Shown here in pieces: positions 27,482-36,921 of a DNA stretch of 64,000 bases. Both the position numbers and the translations under genes were made by a program. The stretch covers positions 2,198 to 66,197 of the forward strand of contig DAIRTX010000008.1 of assembly GCA_036803685.1 (NCBI GenBank). The letters run 5' to 3'. Within the stretch, counting starts at the first letter, position 1. Each line of letters starts with the position of its first letter. Origin of the DNA: Verrucomicrobiota bacterium. Its GTDB lineage: Bacteria; Verrucomicrobiota; Verrucomicrobiia; Limisphaerales; UBA11358. The notes beneath the pieces were generated by a model. That model saw nothing but the letters and a program-made list of their open reading frames with translations, was not told where the DNA came from and searched no databases.

Positions 27482-28090
27482 GTGTCCGTACCTTTTCGCC
27501 CAAACGATCCACAACGATTCGAATCGGCACTGCGCCGTTTCGACGGGGAAAATTCTCGCGACCCTAACACCGAGGTCGCCGACGGCGTTTCCCGGCCGCG
27601 TGAATGGCTTTATGCCCAACGGCTCGTGAACTGGGTTTTGCGGCTTTGCCCCGACGCTTCCGAGGAACTTCGCCTCGCCGCGCGCTGCCAGCACATTTGC
27701 CGCTGGGAAATCCCGCGCCAATCCCATCCGATGACCCGCGCCGGATATTTGCAATGGCGGGCGACGCTCAAAAAGTTTCACGCCCAAAAAGCCGGCGACA
27801 TTTTGCGCGGAGCCGGTTACCCGGAAGACGTGATTCGCCGGGTGCAGGATTTGAACCTCAAGAAACATTTTCCCGACGACCCCGAAGCCCGTTTACTCGA
27901 AGACGCCCTTTGTCTTGTTTTCCTCGAATTCCAACTCGCCGACCTCGCGGCCAAGACTGCCGCGGACAAGACCATCAATGCCCTGCAAAAATCCTGGCAG
28001 AAAATGACCGACGCCGCGCGGGCCGAGGCGTTGAAATTAAATTACGGCGAACGTGAAAAAGCCTTGCTGGAGCGCGCACTCAACGGTTAA
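27482..28090 (+). CDS. DUF4202 domain protein
   Basis: 202 aa with ...LRLAARCQHICRWEIPRQSHPMTRAGYLQWRATLKKFHAQKAGDIL..., the pattern I associate with DUF4202. Confidence 0.6.
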   Translation: MSVPFRPNDPQRFESALRRFDGENSRDPNTEVADGVSRPREWLYAQRLVNWVLRLCPDASEELRLAARCQHICRWEIPRQSHPMTRAGYLQWRATLKKFHAQKAGDILRGAGYPEDVIRRVQDLNLKKHFPDDPEARLLEDALCLVFLEFQLADLAAKTAADKTINALQKSWQKMTDAARAEALKLNYGEREKALLERALNG

Positions 28091-28099
28091 TCAAAACCC

Positions 28100-30409
28100 A
28101 TGCCGCAACCGCCCAATGTGCCCCCAAATTTAATCCCGCTCTGCGTGGACCTGGACGGCACGCTCATCCGGACCGATTTGCTTTGGGAATCGCTGGCGCG
28201 GCTGTTGCGGCGAAATCCGTTCCAGCTCCTGCCCGTTTTGTTTTGGTGGATGCGGGGCCGGGCTTTCTTGAAACGGCAACTCGTCCGGCGCGTCACGATT
28301 GATCCTGCCGCCCTGCCCTACCACGAATCGTTCCTTGCCTTTTTGCGGGAACAAAAGGCCGCCGGCCGGAAATTGGTTCTCGTCACCGCCTCCGACCGCG
28401 ACATGGCCCTGCCCGTCGCCAATCATGTCGGGCTCTTTGACGAGGTGCTGGGCAGTGACGGTAAAACCAATCTGCGCGGCGCCAACAAGCTAAAGGTCCT
28501 CGTCGAAAAATTCGGCGAACGCGGTTTTGATTACGCCGGCAATTCGTCCGCCGATCTCGCCGTCTGGCGCGGCGCGCGCGAAGCCATCGTCGTCAATGCC
28601 AGCGCTGCCATTTTGAAACGGGCCGCCGAATGTGCCAGGCTTGGCCCCACGTTCACGCAGGATTATTCGCCGTTCGCCACTTTGAAAAGCTTTCTCAACG
28701 AACTCCTGGTTCGCAGCGGTTATCTTCTGGCCATCAGCGCCGGACTTTTATTGACCGCCGCGTTTCCGAAAATCGGCATTGCCGGTTGCGCCTGGGTTGC
28801 ACCCGCCATCCTCATCGCCGCCGCTCATGGCAAACGCGGCGGCGATGCCTTCCGCGTTGGTTACGTTGCCGGGTTGGCTCACTTCCTCTCGTCCTTTTAC
28901 TGGCTGCTGCTGATTCCGGTGACGGGCTTTCCGATTCTCGGCTGGTTTTTATTAAGCGCATTCATCGCGCTGTATCCGGCGGTCTGGGTCTGGCTGGTGA
29001 ATGGGTGGGGCGATCGCCCGTCGGGTCGAAGTCGAACGAAGACTGATCTTCGCGAGTCGGAACAAACCTCCTGGAGTGGCCGCGCGTTATGGTCGCTCAC
29101 GGGTGCGGCAATCTGGGTGGCTCTGGAAATGATCCGCGTCCGGTTCCTCGGCGGTTTTCCATGGAATCCTCTCGGCGCTTCGCAATATCAACTGATTCCG
29201 CTGATTCAAATCGCCTCGGTCACCGGCGTTTACGGCGTTTCGTTCCTGGTCGTGTGGGTTTCGTTGTCGCTGTTTTCCGCCGGGCGCATGATCTTCCGCC
29301 GCCCAACCCTGCGAATGGCGTGGCAGGGAGAAATCATTTTGCCGCTGGCCGCAGTCGTGGTGCTGTTCGCCTTTGGGTCCGCCAAAATCAACGGACAAAA
29401 CCCTTCCGGCGCGACGCTGCGAATAACACTCATCCAGCCCAGCATTCCGCAAACCTTGATTTGGAACTCCAGCGAAGACAACCGGCGGTTCCGTGAGTTG
29501 CTCGCGCTTTCCGAACAGGCACTCACGAACAAAACCGACCTGCTGATCTGGCCGGAATCCGCCGTACCCCGGCTTGACGAGATCAATTACATTGCCATCA
29601 CAAACCTGATCCGCACCCATCACCTCTGGCTGATCTTCAATGCCGAAGATTATGTCTGGCGTTCCGGCGCCGGGACCAACAATGACTACGATGCTTTCAA
29701 TGCCGCCTTCTTATTCAACCCGGACGGCCGATGCACGGCAATTTATCACAAACAAAAGCTGGTCATCTTTGGCGAATACATCCCGCTCGTGCGCTGGTTG
29801 CCGTTCATCAAATGGTTCACGCCCATCACCGGCAGCTTCGCGTCCGGCACCAATGCGATGCCGTTTGAGATGAACATTAACCCGGAGCGCCGGCCTCCGG
29901 CCCGGCACGAATCGAATGCTGATATTCCCGGTGCCGGGTCGGAGACCGGCGTTCCCAATAACCTGCACATCAAAACCGCCACGCTCATCTGTTATGAGGA
30001 CATATTCCCGGAACTCGCGCGTGAATACGTTCAAGACGACACCGATTTTCTGGTGAACTTGACCAACGACGGCTGGTTTGGCGAGGGCGCGGCGCAATGG
30101 CAACAAGCCGCCGCCGCAATTTTCCGCGCCGTGGAAAACGGCGTGCCGCTGGTGCGCTCCACCAACAACGGCCTGACGTGCTGGGCGGATTCGCACGGCC
30201 GGCTGCGTGAAATTTTCAGGGACAAAACCGGCAGCGTTTATGGCGTCGGCGCAATGACGATTGAACTCCCATTGTCGCAACCCGGCGAAAAGCGCGCACC
30301 GACTTTTTACAATCAGCACGGCGATTGGTTTGGGTGGTCATGCGTCGGGGTCGCGGGCATTTTGTTTGTCGTAAAAATTTCAGGGCAACGTCGCAGACAA
30401 CAACCTTGA
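28100..30409 (+). CDS. lnt: fusion protein: N-terminal HAD-IB-like phosphatase domain plus apolipoprotein N-acyltransferase
   Basis: 769 aa. Residues 1 to about 190 read LCVDLDGTLIRTDLLWE...LVLVTASDRDMA...GNSSADLAVW (HAD motifs I-IV). The rest is the Lnt TM core plus the CN-hydrolase domain (ITLIQPSIPQ...LLIWPESA...ICYEDIFPE...LVNLTNDGWFG). Confidence 0.8.
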   Translation: MPQPPNVPPNLIPLCVDLDGTLIRTDLLWESLARLLRRNPFQLLPVLFWWMRGRAFLKRQLVRRVTIDPAALPYHESFLAFLREQKAAGRKLVLVTASDRDMALPVANHVGLFDEVLGSDGKTNLRGANKLKVLVEKFGERGFDYAGNSSADLAVWRGAREAIVVNASAAILKRAAECARLGPTFTQDYSPFATLKSFLNELLVRSGYLLAISAGLLLTAAFPKIGIAGCAWVAPAILIAAAHGKRGGDAFRVGYVAGLAHFLSSFYWLLLIPVTGFPILGWFLLSAFIALYPAVWVWLVNGWGDRPSGRSRTKTDLRESEQTSWSGRALWSLTGAAIWVALEMIRVRFLGGFPWNPLGASQYQLIPLIQIASVTGVYGVSFLVVWVSLSLFSAGRMIFRRPTLRMAWQGEIILPLAAVVVLFAFGSAKINGQNPSGATLRITLIQPSIPQTLIWNSSEDNRRFRELLALSEQALTNKTDLLIWPESAVPRLDEINYIAITNLIRTHHLWLIFNAEDYVWRSGAGTNNDYDAFNAAFLFNPDGRCTAIYHKQKLVIFGEYIPLVRWLPFIKWFTPITGSFASGTNAMPFEMNINPERRPPARHESNADIPGAGSETGVPNNLHIKTATLICYEDIFPELAREYVQDDTDFLVNLTNDGWFGEGAAQWQQAAAAIFRAVENGVPLVRSTNNGLTCWADSHGRLREIFRDKTGSVYGVGAMTIELPLSQPGEKRAPTFYNQHGDWFGWSCVGVAGILFVVKISGQRRRQQP
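29887..29951. repeat. Imperfect palindromic repeat in frame inside lnt
   Basis: GCGCCGGCCTCCGGCCCGGCAC ... GTGCCGGGTCGGAGACCGGCG, translated as ...ERRPPARHESNADIPGAGSETGVP... It belongs to the same arm family as 34551-34612. Confidence 0.6.
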
Positions 30410-30446
30410 GCGGGTGCAACCGGCCACGCGCACCAAAATAGAAACA

Positions 30447-30555
30447 TCTCCCTCTCCCCGCGAAGCATGAGCGGGGAGAGGGTCGGGGTGAGGGGCTATT
30501 GAGAAAACGTGCCTCCTCTCCCCGCCCCTCTCCTCCCTCGGGGGAGGAGAGGGAG
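30447..30555. repeat. REP hairpins of the CCCTCTCCCCGC / CCTCTCCTCCC family
   Basis: CTCCCTCTCCCCGC-GAAGCATGA-GCGGGGAGAGGG and CCTCTCCTCCCTCGGGGGAGGAGAGG, located downstream of lnt. Confidence 0.7.
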
Positions 30556-30673
30556 TCGGCGTTTCCCGATCTTTGGTGCGGGTGTTCGGTTACGCCCACC
30601 TTGAGCTTCCGCGCCCTTTGCGGCTTGCCACCGCCTTGCGGCGGAATAAGCTTCTTCCCGAACGGAGTCTCTT

Positions 30674-30822
30674 ATACCAATTCCCAGAGACAATCAGCGC
30701 AATGGGTAGGGCGGCGCTGCCTGCTCGCGATCTATCGGAGCTGCGCCGCCGGGTGTGATGGCCGCGCAGCAGCACGGCCCTACCGTCTGGAATAGGTGCC
30801 GATTATTATCGGGAAATGGTAT
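30674..30822. repeat. MITE-like palindromic element, copy B (149 bp, with a ~22-bp extra internal segment)
   Basis: It has the same termini and core as copy A and ends 22 bp before the lpxD ATG. Confidence 0.8.
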
Positions 30823-30843
30823 TAACCATTAAACCAGCATTTT

Positions 30844-31875
30844 ATGCCATTCACCGCTGCTCAAATTGCGGAACAACTCCGGGGCGAAGTCCTCGGCGAC
30901 GGTTCAGTCCAACTCACCGGTTTCGCGCCCGCCGACTGTGCCCGGGCCGGCGACCTCACTTTCGCTGAAAAGGAAACCCACTTCGCCACTGCCGAACAAA
31001 GCCAGGCCGCCGCCATCCTCGTATCGGAAGCGTTCGCGCCGTCGAAGAAAGTCCTCATCCGCGTGCGAAACGCGCGCGTGGCCATGGCCAGGGTGCTGCC
31101 GCTCTTTTTCCCCCCGGACCAACAACCGTCCGGCATTCATCCGGGCGCGATGATTGATGCTTCGGCGCAAATTGATCCCACGGCGCACATCGGGCCGGAT
31201 TGCGTGCTGGGCGCGCGCGTGCGGCTCGGCGCGCGTTCCGTGCTCATGGGCGGCAACCATATCGGCCGGGACTGTCAGATTGGCGACGACGTGTGTCTGT
31301 TCCCAAACGTCGTTGTTTATGCGCGGACGCAAATCGGTCATCGTGTCAGCATCCACGCCGGCACGGTCATCGGCTCGGACGGCTACGGCTACGTGTACGA
31401 CGAGGGCCGCCACCGCAAAGTGCTGCAGGTCGGCAATGTGATCATCCACGACGACGTGGAGATCGGCGCCAACGCGGCCATTGACCGCGGCGCGCTTGGT
31501 TCCACTGTCATCGGCCAGGGCACCAAGATTGATAATCTTGTGCACGTCGCGCACAACGTCGTCATTGGCCGGCACTGTCTGGTCATGGGCCAGTCGGGTT
31601 TTGCCGGCAGCACGCGCCTTGGAGATTACTGCGTGATTGCTTCGCAGTCGGGGATTGCGGGACATTTGAAGCTCGGCAACCAGGCCACCGTCGGTGCGAA
31701 GTCCGGTGTGATGCGCGATATTCCCGACGGAGGGGCAGTGCTCGGCTATCCGGCCTCGCCGGACAAACAGGCCAAGCGGCAGATGATCGCGGTGCAGCAG
31801 TTGCCGGACATGATCCACCGCCTGCGCGAACTGGAGAAGCAGGTGGAACAACTCCGTGCCAAAGTCGGCATTTAA
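30844..31875 (+). CDS. lpxD: UDP-3-O-(3-hydroxyacyl)glucosamine N-acyltransferase
   Basis: 343 aa with the N-terminal [29 protein letters not shown]...AGDLTFAE, followed by left-handed beta-helix hexapeptide repeats. Confidence 0.88.
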   Translation: MPFTAAQIAEQLRGEVLGDGSVQLTGFAPADCARAGDLTFAEKETHFATAEQSQAAAILVSEAFAPSKKVLIRVRNARVAMARVLPLFFPPDQQPSGIHPGAMIDASAQIDPTAHIGPDCVLGARVRLGARSVLMGGNHIGRDCQIGDDVCLFPNVVVYARTQIGHRVSIHAGTVIGSDGYGYVYDEGRHRKVLQVGNVIIHDDVEIGANAAIDRGALGSTVIGQGTKIDNLVHVAHNVVIGRHCLVMGQSGFAGSTRLGDYCVIASQSGIAGHLKLGNQATVGAKSGVMRDIPDGGAVLGYPASPDKQAKRQMIAVQQLPDMIHRLRELEKQVEQLRAKVGI

Positions 31876-31880
31876 AGAAG

Positions 31881-31980
31881 CAATGGTAGGGCGGCACTGT
31901 CTGCTCGCGATCTATCGGAGCTGCGTCGCCGGGTATGATGGCCGCGCGGCAACGCGGCCCTACCGGTTGGGAAATGATAT
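31881..31980. repeat. MITE-like element, copy C (core only, terminal arms missing)
   Basis: CAATGGTAGGGCGGCACTGTCTGCTCGCGATCTATCGGAGCTGCGTCGCCGGGTATGATGGCCGCGCGGCAACGCGGCCCTACC... shares the extra segment of copy B. Confidence 0.7.
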
Positions 31981-32023
31981 GACTTCCGTCCCGGGTGATT
32001 GGCAATCAGGAGATTGAACCGGC

Positions 32024-32060
32024 TGGTAAAAAAAGAAAGGCCGGACAACATGTCCGGCCT
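32024..32060 (-). terminator. rho-independent terminator for the 32231-33022 gene
   Basis: A 9-bp stem, AGGCCGGAC with loop AACAT and GTCCGGCCT (32038-32060). On the minus strand it is followed by TTTCTTTTTTTACC. Confidence 0.7.
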
Positions 32061-32230
32061 CTTCATACAGAATTGAGAACTAAGTACGACAACAACAATG
32101 GAATCATACCTCATGCCCCGTCCCCTGCCAGTCACCAGTTCTGGGGACAAATCCCGAGGGGTATATGTCTTTCACAAACCCATTAAGTTCCCAAGCAAAA
32201 CAGGGCCAATTACTTATGGAAAACGACGAT

Positions 32231-33022
32231 TTAATGGATTTTTTGAGGCACAAATACCGCAAATTCTCCCGGCTTCAAAATAACATCATCAGACAAATAT
32301 GCCGGTGGCAGACCAATTTTAGAAAAGGCCCATCCAACATATGCAAACACACGAATATCGTTTGGAAAACCACTGGAAGTTACAGGGCGGTCACTATTAG
32401 GTGGAAAAGAAATTGGCAGAAAAATTGGCATATCGTTTTTTCCATAACACTCGAAAGCCACGGCAAAAGCCGAAAATTTTGCAATGGAGTTTGTGTTTTC
32501 GATTACAAATCTGGGGCTGACTCTCACTATGCCTTCACCATTGGTTCCGAACCCAGCCACATCAAGCATGTTTCTAATCTGTCTGGCATATCTTTCCGTT
32601 TCGCCGTCTTCGAGACTCACAATGACCTTAATGTAAATTTTGTTGGTAAGACCTTTTGTTAATTCTATGAAATCTTTCACGTTCTCCGGCGTTATGGTTC
32701 TGTCTTGTATTTTAAGTTCAAGCACCAGGTTTTCCTTGTGTAATTGTTCAGTCTGTTTTTTTAGGCCCGCAATTTCTATTTGCGATTCGTATAAAGAAAT
32801 TGGGAGCGCGATCAATTCGAGTCCAAGCCCAAATAGCAATAGAGCTTCAAAAGAAACCTCCCAAAACTTTTTACAAGTTTCTAGCGGCGGGAAGTTCGTC
32901 GGGTTATATGGGAATTTTTTGAACCTCAAGACTAGCTCTCCCAAAACCCCAATTGTGACCATCGAAAGACCCAAAATATCCAACCAATTCCAAGCCGAAA
33001 ATGATGAAATGAATGACAACAT
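32231..33022 (-). CDS. hypothetical membrane/coiled-coil protein (orphan, low GC)
   Basis: 263 aa from the ATG at 33022 (MLSFISSFSAWNWLDILGLSMVTIGVLGELVL...). It has two TM helices, a coiled-coil stretch (QIEIAGLKKQTEQLHKENLVLELKIQ) and an unknown C-terminal domain. GC is about 41%. Confidence 0.5.
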   Translation of the reverse strand: MLSFISSFSAWNWLDILGLSMVTIGVLGELVLRFKKFPYNPTNFPPLETCKKFWEVSFEALLLFGLGLELIALPISLYESQIEIAGLKKQTEQLHKENLVLELKIQDRTITPENVKDFIELTKGLTNKIYIKVIVSLEDGETERYARQIRNMLDVAGFGTNGEGIVRVSPRFVIENTNSIAKFSAFAVAFECYGKNDMPIFLPISFPPNSDRPVTSSGFPNDIRVFAYVGWAFSKIGLPPAYLSDDVILKPGEFAVFVPQKIH

Positions 33023-33029
33023 AAATTCC

Positions 33030-34850
33030 CTAGCTAAGTAACGCTTCCGCATGTTTCCTCGCGGCATCGCTTTGGCCGCCAAGCATTCGGGCCAGTTCCG
33101 TAACACGGGATTTTCTGTCGAGCAACGTAATTTCCGAAATCGTGCGGCCATCTTTTATCTGCTTGGTCACGACGTAATGCGCATCGGCGGGCGCGGCGAC
33201 CTGCGGGAGATGCGTGATGCACAGCACCTGCCGCCGGGCGGCAATCTGCTTCATCTTTTCGCCCACGGCGTTGGCCGTCTCGCCGCCGATATTGGCGTCC
33301 ACCTCGTCGAAAATCAGCACTGGGATTTCGTCTTCCGCCGCGAGCACGGTTTTGAGCGCCAGCATCACGCGCGCCATTTCGCCGGATGAGGCGATGGCGC
33401 GGAGCCGCCTGGCGGGTTCGCCGAGGTTGGGGGCGAATTGGAATTCGATTTCGTCCAACCCGTGTTGCGGAAAGCGAGATGCAGGGTTTGGAGTTCCGCC
33501 TTCAGGCGGTTCGGATGACGCGGGCCGCCTGAAGGCGGAACTCCGAACAAAGTTTTCGTCGAGCGTTTTAATCGCCACGTCAAACCGACATTGCTTGAAA
33601 CCCAGATCGTCGAGCTGTTTGCCCACGGCTTTCGCGAGTTGCGGAATCACCTTGCGCCGTCTGGCGGAAAGGTCCCTGCCCTGGCGCAACAGTTCCGCGT
33701 CGAGCTTATCCAGTTCAGCATTCAGACGCATCAGTTCGCCGTCGCGCTGTTCCAGACTTTCGAGTTTGCGCTTCGCATCGCCGCCGAAACCGATGACCTC
33801 GGCGAGCGTCGCACCGTATTTGCGCTTGAGCGAGTGGAGGAGATTCAGCCGTTCTTCGAGCACCTGAAGTTGCGCGGGGTCAACGTCCACTTTTTCCGCG
33901 TAACGCGAAAGTTCCGACTGCAATTCGCGCAACGCGGACGCCGCCTGTCCGTGCAATTCAACCAGTGCGCCCGTGTCCGCGTCCACGCGCTGCAATTCCT
34001 GCAACGTGCGGCCCACCGCGCCGGCCTGCGTGAGCAATGAATTTTCGTTCTCGCCCAGCAGATCCAGCGCCGCCCGGCTTAATTGCAGCAGCTTTGCCGC
34101 GTTGCTCGCGCGTTGAAAATTTTCCTCCACGCTCCCGTCTTCGCCGGGCTGAAGCCGGGCGCCGGAAATTTCGTTCACTTGAAAACGCAGCAGGTCCAGT
34201 TGCTGCGCGTAGGTTTTCTCATCCACGATGAGCGCGGATTTTTCGCTTTCGAGCGCGTCGCGGCGTTGAACCAGTTCGCCGAACACCGCCCGCTCCTTTT
34301 CCAGATCGCCGAAAGCGTCGAGAATGGCGAGTTGCTTCGCCGGATGCAAAAGCGATTGGTGGTCGTGCGGGCCGTGCATGTCCACTAGCCATTCACCAAT
34401 CGCCGCCAGAACAGTCAGCGTGGTGGCCGAACCGTTGACGAACTGGCGGTTCGTGCCGTTGGCCGTGAACGTGCGTTTGAGGACGAGTTGATTTTCCTCG
34501 CACGGTTCAAGGCCGTTTTCCTCGAGAAATTTTCCCAGCGGCGACGGAGCGCCGGCCTCCGGCCCGGCTTTTTTCAATCCATCGCCGCGACGAGCCGGGC
34601 CGGAGGCCGGCGTTCCGCGTTTGTTGACGTGCAATTCCGCGACATCGAACACGGCTTCAACGGAACAACTGTCGCTGCCGCTACGGATGAGCGAACGGTC
34701 GGCGCGTTCGCCGAGGACGAGGTTGAGCGCGCCGATGATGATGGATTTGCCCGCGCCAGTCTCGCCGGTAATGACGTTGCAGCCGGGCTGGAGTTCGAGC
34801 GTCAAGTCCGGCACGAGCGCGAGGTTTTTGATGCGTAGCGCGGTCAACAT
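33030..34850 (-). CDS. recN: DNA repair protein RecN
   Basis: Taken from the internal ATG: MLTALRIKNLALVPDLTLELQPGCNVITGETGAGKSIIIGALNLVLGERA (Walker A)...SGGEMARVMLALK...LIFDEVDANIGG. It carries two in-frame palindromic insertions. Confidence 0.9.
   Translation of the reverse strand: MLTALRIKNLALVPDLTLELQPGCNVITGETGAGKSIIIGALNLVLGERADRSLIRSGSDSCSVEAVFDVAELHVNKRGTPASGPARRGDGLKKAGPEAGAPSPLGKFLEENGLEPCEENQLVLKRTFTANGTNRQFVNGSATTLTVLAAIGEWLVDMHGPHDHQSLLHPAKQLAILDAFGDLEKERAVFGELVQRRDALESEKSALIVDEKTYAQQLDLLRFQVNEISGARLQPGEDGSVEENFQRASNAAKLLQLSRAALDLLGENENSLLTQAGAVGRTLQELQRVDADTGALVELHGQAASALRELQSELSRYAEKVDVDPAQLQVLEERLNLLHSLKRKYGATLAEVIGFGGDAKRKLESLEQRDGELMRLNAELDKLDAELLRQGRDLSARRRKVIPQLAKAVGKQLDDLGFKQCRFDVAIKTLDENFVRSSAFRRPASSEPPEGGTPNPASRFPQHGLDEIEFQFAPNLGEPARRLRAIASSGEMARVMLALKTVLAAEDEIPVLIFDEVDANIGGETANAVGEKMKQIAARRQVLCITHLPQVAAPADAHYVVTKQIKDGRTISEITLLDRKSRVTELARMLGGQSDAARKHAEALLS
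33490..33544. repeat. Perfect 20-bp-arm palindrome in frame inside recN
   Basis: GGAGTTCCGCCTTCAGGCGG (33490-33509) and CCGCCTGAAGGCGGAACTCC (33525-33544), translated as ...SAFRRPASSEPPEGGTPN... Confidence 0.8.
34551..34612. repeat. Second palindrome (20-bp arms) in frame inside recN
   Basis: CGCCGGCCTCCGGCCCGGCT (34551-34570) and AGCCGGGCCGGAGGCCGGCG (34593-34612), translated as ...GTPASGPARRGDGLKKAGPEAGAP... Confidence 0.8.
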
Positions 34851-34911
34851 GGTTACATTCGTGCCGCCAATGTGAAGGCGACGCGCGCCTTCGGCAAAAG
34901 AAAATTTCGCC

Positions 34912-35694
34912 ATGTTGTTTTCATTCACGTTTCTCGGCAGCGGCACGTCACAGGGCGTGCCCGTCATCGGCAAGGAATATCCGCCGGAATTCCTGGCCAA
35001 TCCCAAAAACCATCGCACCCGTCCTTCCCTTTACATCGCCACGGACAAGGTCAAATTCGTCGTGGACACGACGCCGGAGTTTCGCATCCAGTGCCTGCGC
35101 GAAAACATCCGCTGGCTCGACGCGGTGGTTTTCACCCATTCGCATGCCGACCACATCATGGGTCTGGACGATTGCCGCCGATTTTGCGATTTGCGCAAAG
35201 GTGCCTTGCCGATTTACGCGAACGAGGAAACGATGGCGTCGCTTCGGCGTATTTTCATCTATGCGTTTGACGGGCGGGCGATTCCGAAAGGCTATTTCCA
35301 TCCCGAACCCCACGTCATTGACGGGCCGTTCACGCTGGGCGATTTGGAAATCATTCCCCTGCCCCTGCCGCACGGCTCGATGATGACGAACGGCTATCTC
35401 TTCGTGCAAAATGGTAAAAAACGGCTCGCGTATCTGAGCGACTGCAAGGAAATTCCCGCCGACGCACTGGAAAAAGTCCGGGGCGTCGAAGTCGCCGTGC
35501 TCGATGCGCTGCGTTACACGCCGCATCCAACCCACATGTGCCTCGACGAAGCGCTGACGGCGGCACGGCGCATCGGCGCGGGACGGACTTATTTCACGCA
35601 CCTCACGCACGACTTCGACCACGACCGGGCGCAGGCGGAATTGCCATCCGGAGTGATGTTCGCGTGGGACGGGCTAAGGATAACAGGCAATTAA
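34912..35694 (+). CDS. MBL-fold metallo-hydrolase (PhnP-like)
   Basis: 260 aa with [11 protein letters not shown] and [13 protein letters not shown] (the HxHxDH motif). Confidence 0.8.
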   Translation: MLFSFTFLGSGTSQGVPVIGKEYPPEFLANPKNHRTRPSLYIATDKVKFVVDTTPEFRIQCLRENIRWLDAVVFTHSHADHIMGLDDCRRFCDLRKGALPIYANEETMASLRRIFIYAFDGRAIPKGYFHPEPHVIDGPFTLGDLEIIPLPLPHGSMMTNGYLFVQNGKKRLAYLSDCKEIPADALEKVRGVEVAVLDALRYTPHPTHMCLDEALTAARRIGAGRTYFTHLTHDFDHDRAQAELPSGVMFAWDGLRITGN

Positions 35695-35717
35695 ACATTG
35701 AAAGGAACTTACCCGGT

Positions 35718-36887
35718 ATGAAAATTATTTGGACCATTTTAGTCGCGACATTGTTTCAGTGCGGCGGGCTTAACGCAGCGCTGGCTGCGGGCAACAATAC
35801 TTTCACACCTTCGAATCCACCGGAAATGAAGCCGCTGACCGGACACGATTCCCCGGCACACCGCGCGGCCCAGTGGTTCAAGCACGGCGTCAATCTGGGT
35901 GACTATCTTGAAGTGCCGCCGAACCAAAGCTGGGGTGTGACAATTTCAGCGGACGAATTTGCCCAGATGAAGCGCGAGGGTTTCGCTCATGTGCGCGTGC
36001 CAGTCGGCTGGCATCATTACGCCGGGGCCGCGCCGGATTTCACGCTGACGCCGGAGATTTTCGCCCGTGCCGATTTTGTCGTCACCAACGCGCTGAACAA
36101 TGGACTGGCCGTGATGATTAATATCCATCACTTTAACGAATTGGACAAGGACCCGGCGGGGCAGACGGAAAAATTTCTCACGTTGTGGCGTCAAATCGCG
36201 GCGCATTACAAAAATTTCACCAACCGGCTCGCGTTCGAACTCGATAATGAACCGCATGAAAATGCCAGGACCGTCCTGATGAATCCAATTTATGCCCGCG
36301 CCATTGCGGAGATTCGCCAGAGCAATCCAAACCGGACGATTTTCGTTGAGCCGGGAAACTGGGGCGGCATTGACGAGTTGAAAAATCTGGTGCTGCCGCC
36401 CGACGACAACGTGATTGTTTCCGTCCATTGCTACGACCCGTTTAACTTCACGCATCAAGGCGCGAGTTGGGCCGGACCGGACACGCAACAAACCGGCATC
36501 CAGTTTCCCGGCCCGCCCGCACAGCCGCTCAAGGCCGACCCGAAGCTGAATTTGAAACCCAGCGTTTTAGACTGGATTCAGGCATACAACACCCTGCCGA
36601 CGGACAAAAATCCGAGCAGCCCGCTGGCATTCGAGAACAAATTAAAATTCCTCCGCGCGTGGTCGGATTATTACGGATACCCGATTCACATCGGCGAATT
36701 TGGCTGCTACATCAAGGCTGACCCGGCGTCACGTGCCCGTTTCTACTCGACGTTCCGGCGTGCGGCGGAGCAGCAAAGGTTGGGTTGGGCGATCTGGGAC
36801 TGGAGCGCAAACTTTCGTTATTGGGATAAAAAAATCGGCAAACCCATGCCCGGAATGCACGAAGCACTCTTCGGCGAATCAAATTGA
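35718..36887 (+). CDS. glycoside hydrolase family 5 (cellulase-like), secreted
   Basis: Taken from the internal ATG: signal peptide MKIIWTILVATLFQCGGLNAALA, with the catalytic motifs FELDNEPH and HIGEFG. Confidence 0.8.
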   Translation: MKIIWTILVATLFQCGGLNAALAAGNNTFTPSNPPEMKPLTGHDSPAHRAAQWFKHGVNLGDYLEVPPNQSWGVTISADEFAQMKREGFAHVRVPVGWHHYAGAAPDFTLTPEIFARADFVVTNALNNGLAVMINIHHFNELDKDPAGQTEKFLTLWRQIAAHYKNFTNRLAFELDNEPHENARTVLMNPIYARAIAEIRQSNPNRTIFVEPGNWGGIDELKNLVLPPDDNVIVSVHCYDPFNFTHQGASWAGPDTQQTGIQFPGPPAQPLKADPKLNLKPSVLDWIQAYNTLPTDKNPSSPLAFENKLKFLRAWSDYYGYPIHIGEFGCYIKADPASRARFYSTFRRAAEQQRLGWAIWDWSANFRYWDKKIGKPMPGMHEALFGESN

Positions 36888-36921
36888 ACCGGCCACCGGG
36901 CGCGAGGTCAAATCCCCAACT

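Noticed and set aside
33023-33151. An upstream extension of the 32231 ORF that overlaps the recN 3' end by 120 nt.
   Set aside because: The internal ATG at 33022 lies 5 nt after the recN stop and precedes the first TM helix. The extension is probably non-coding.
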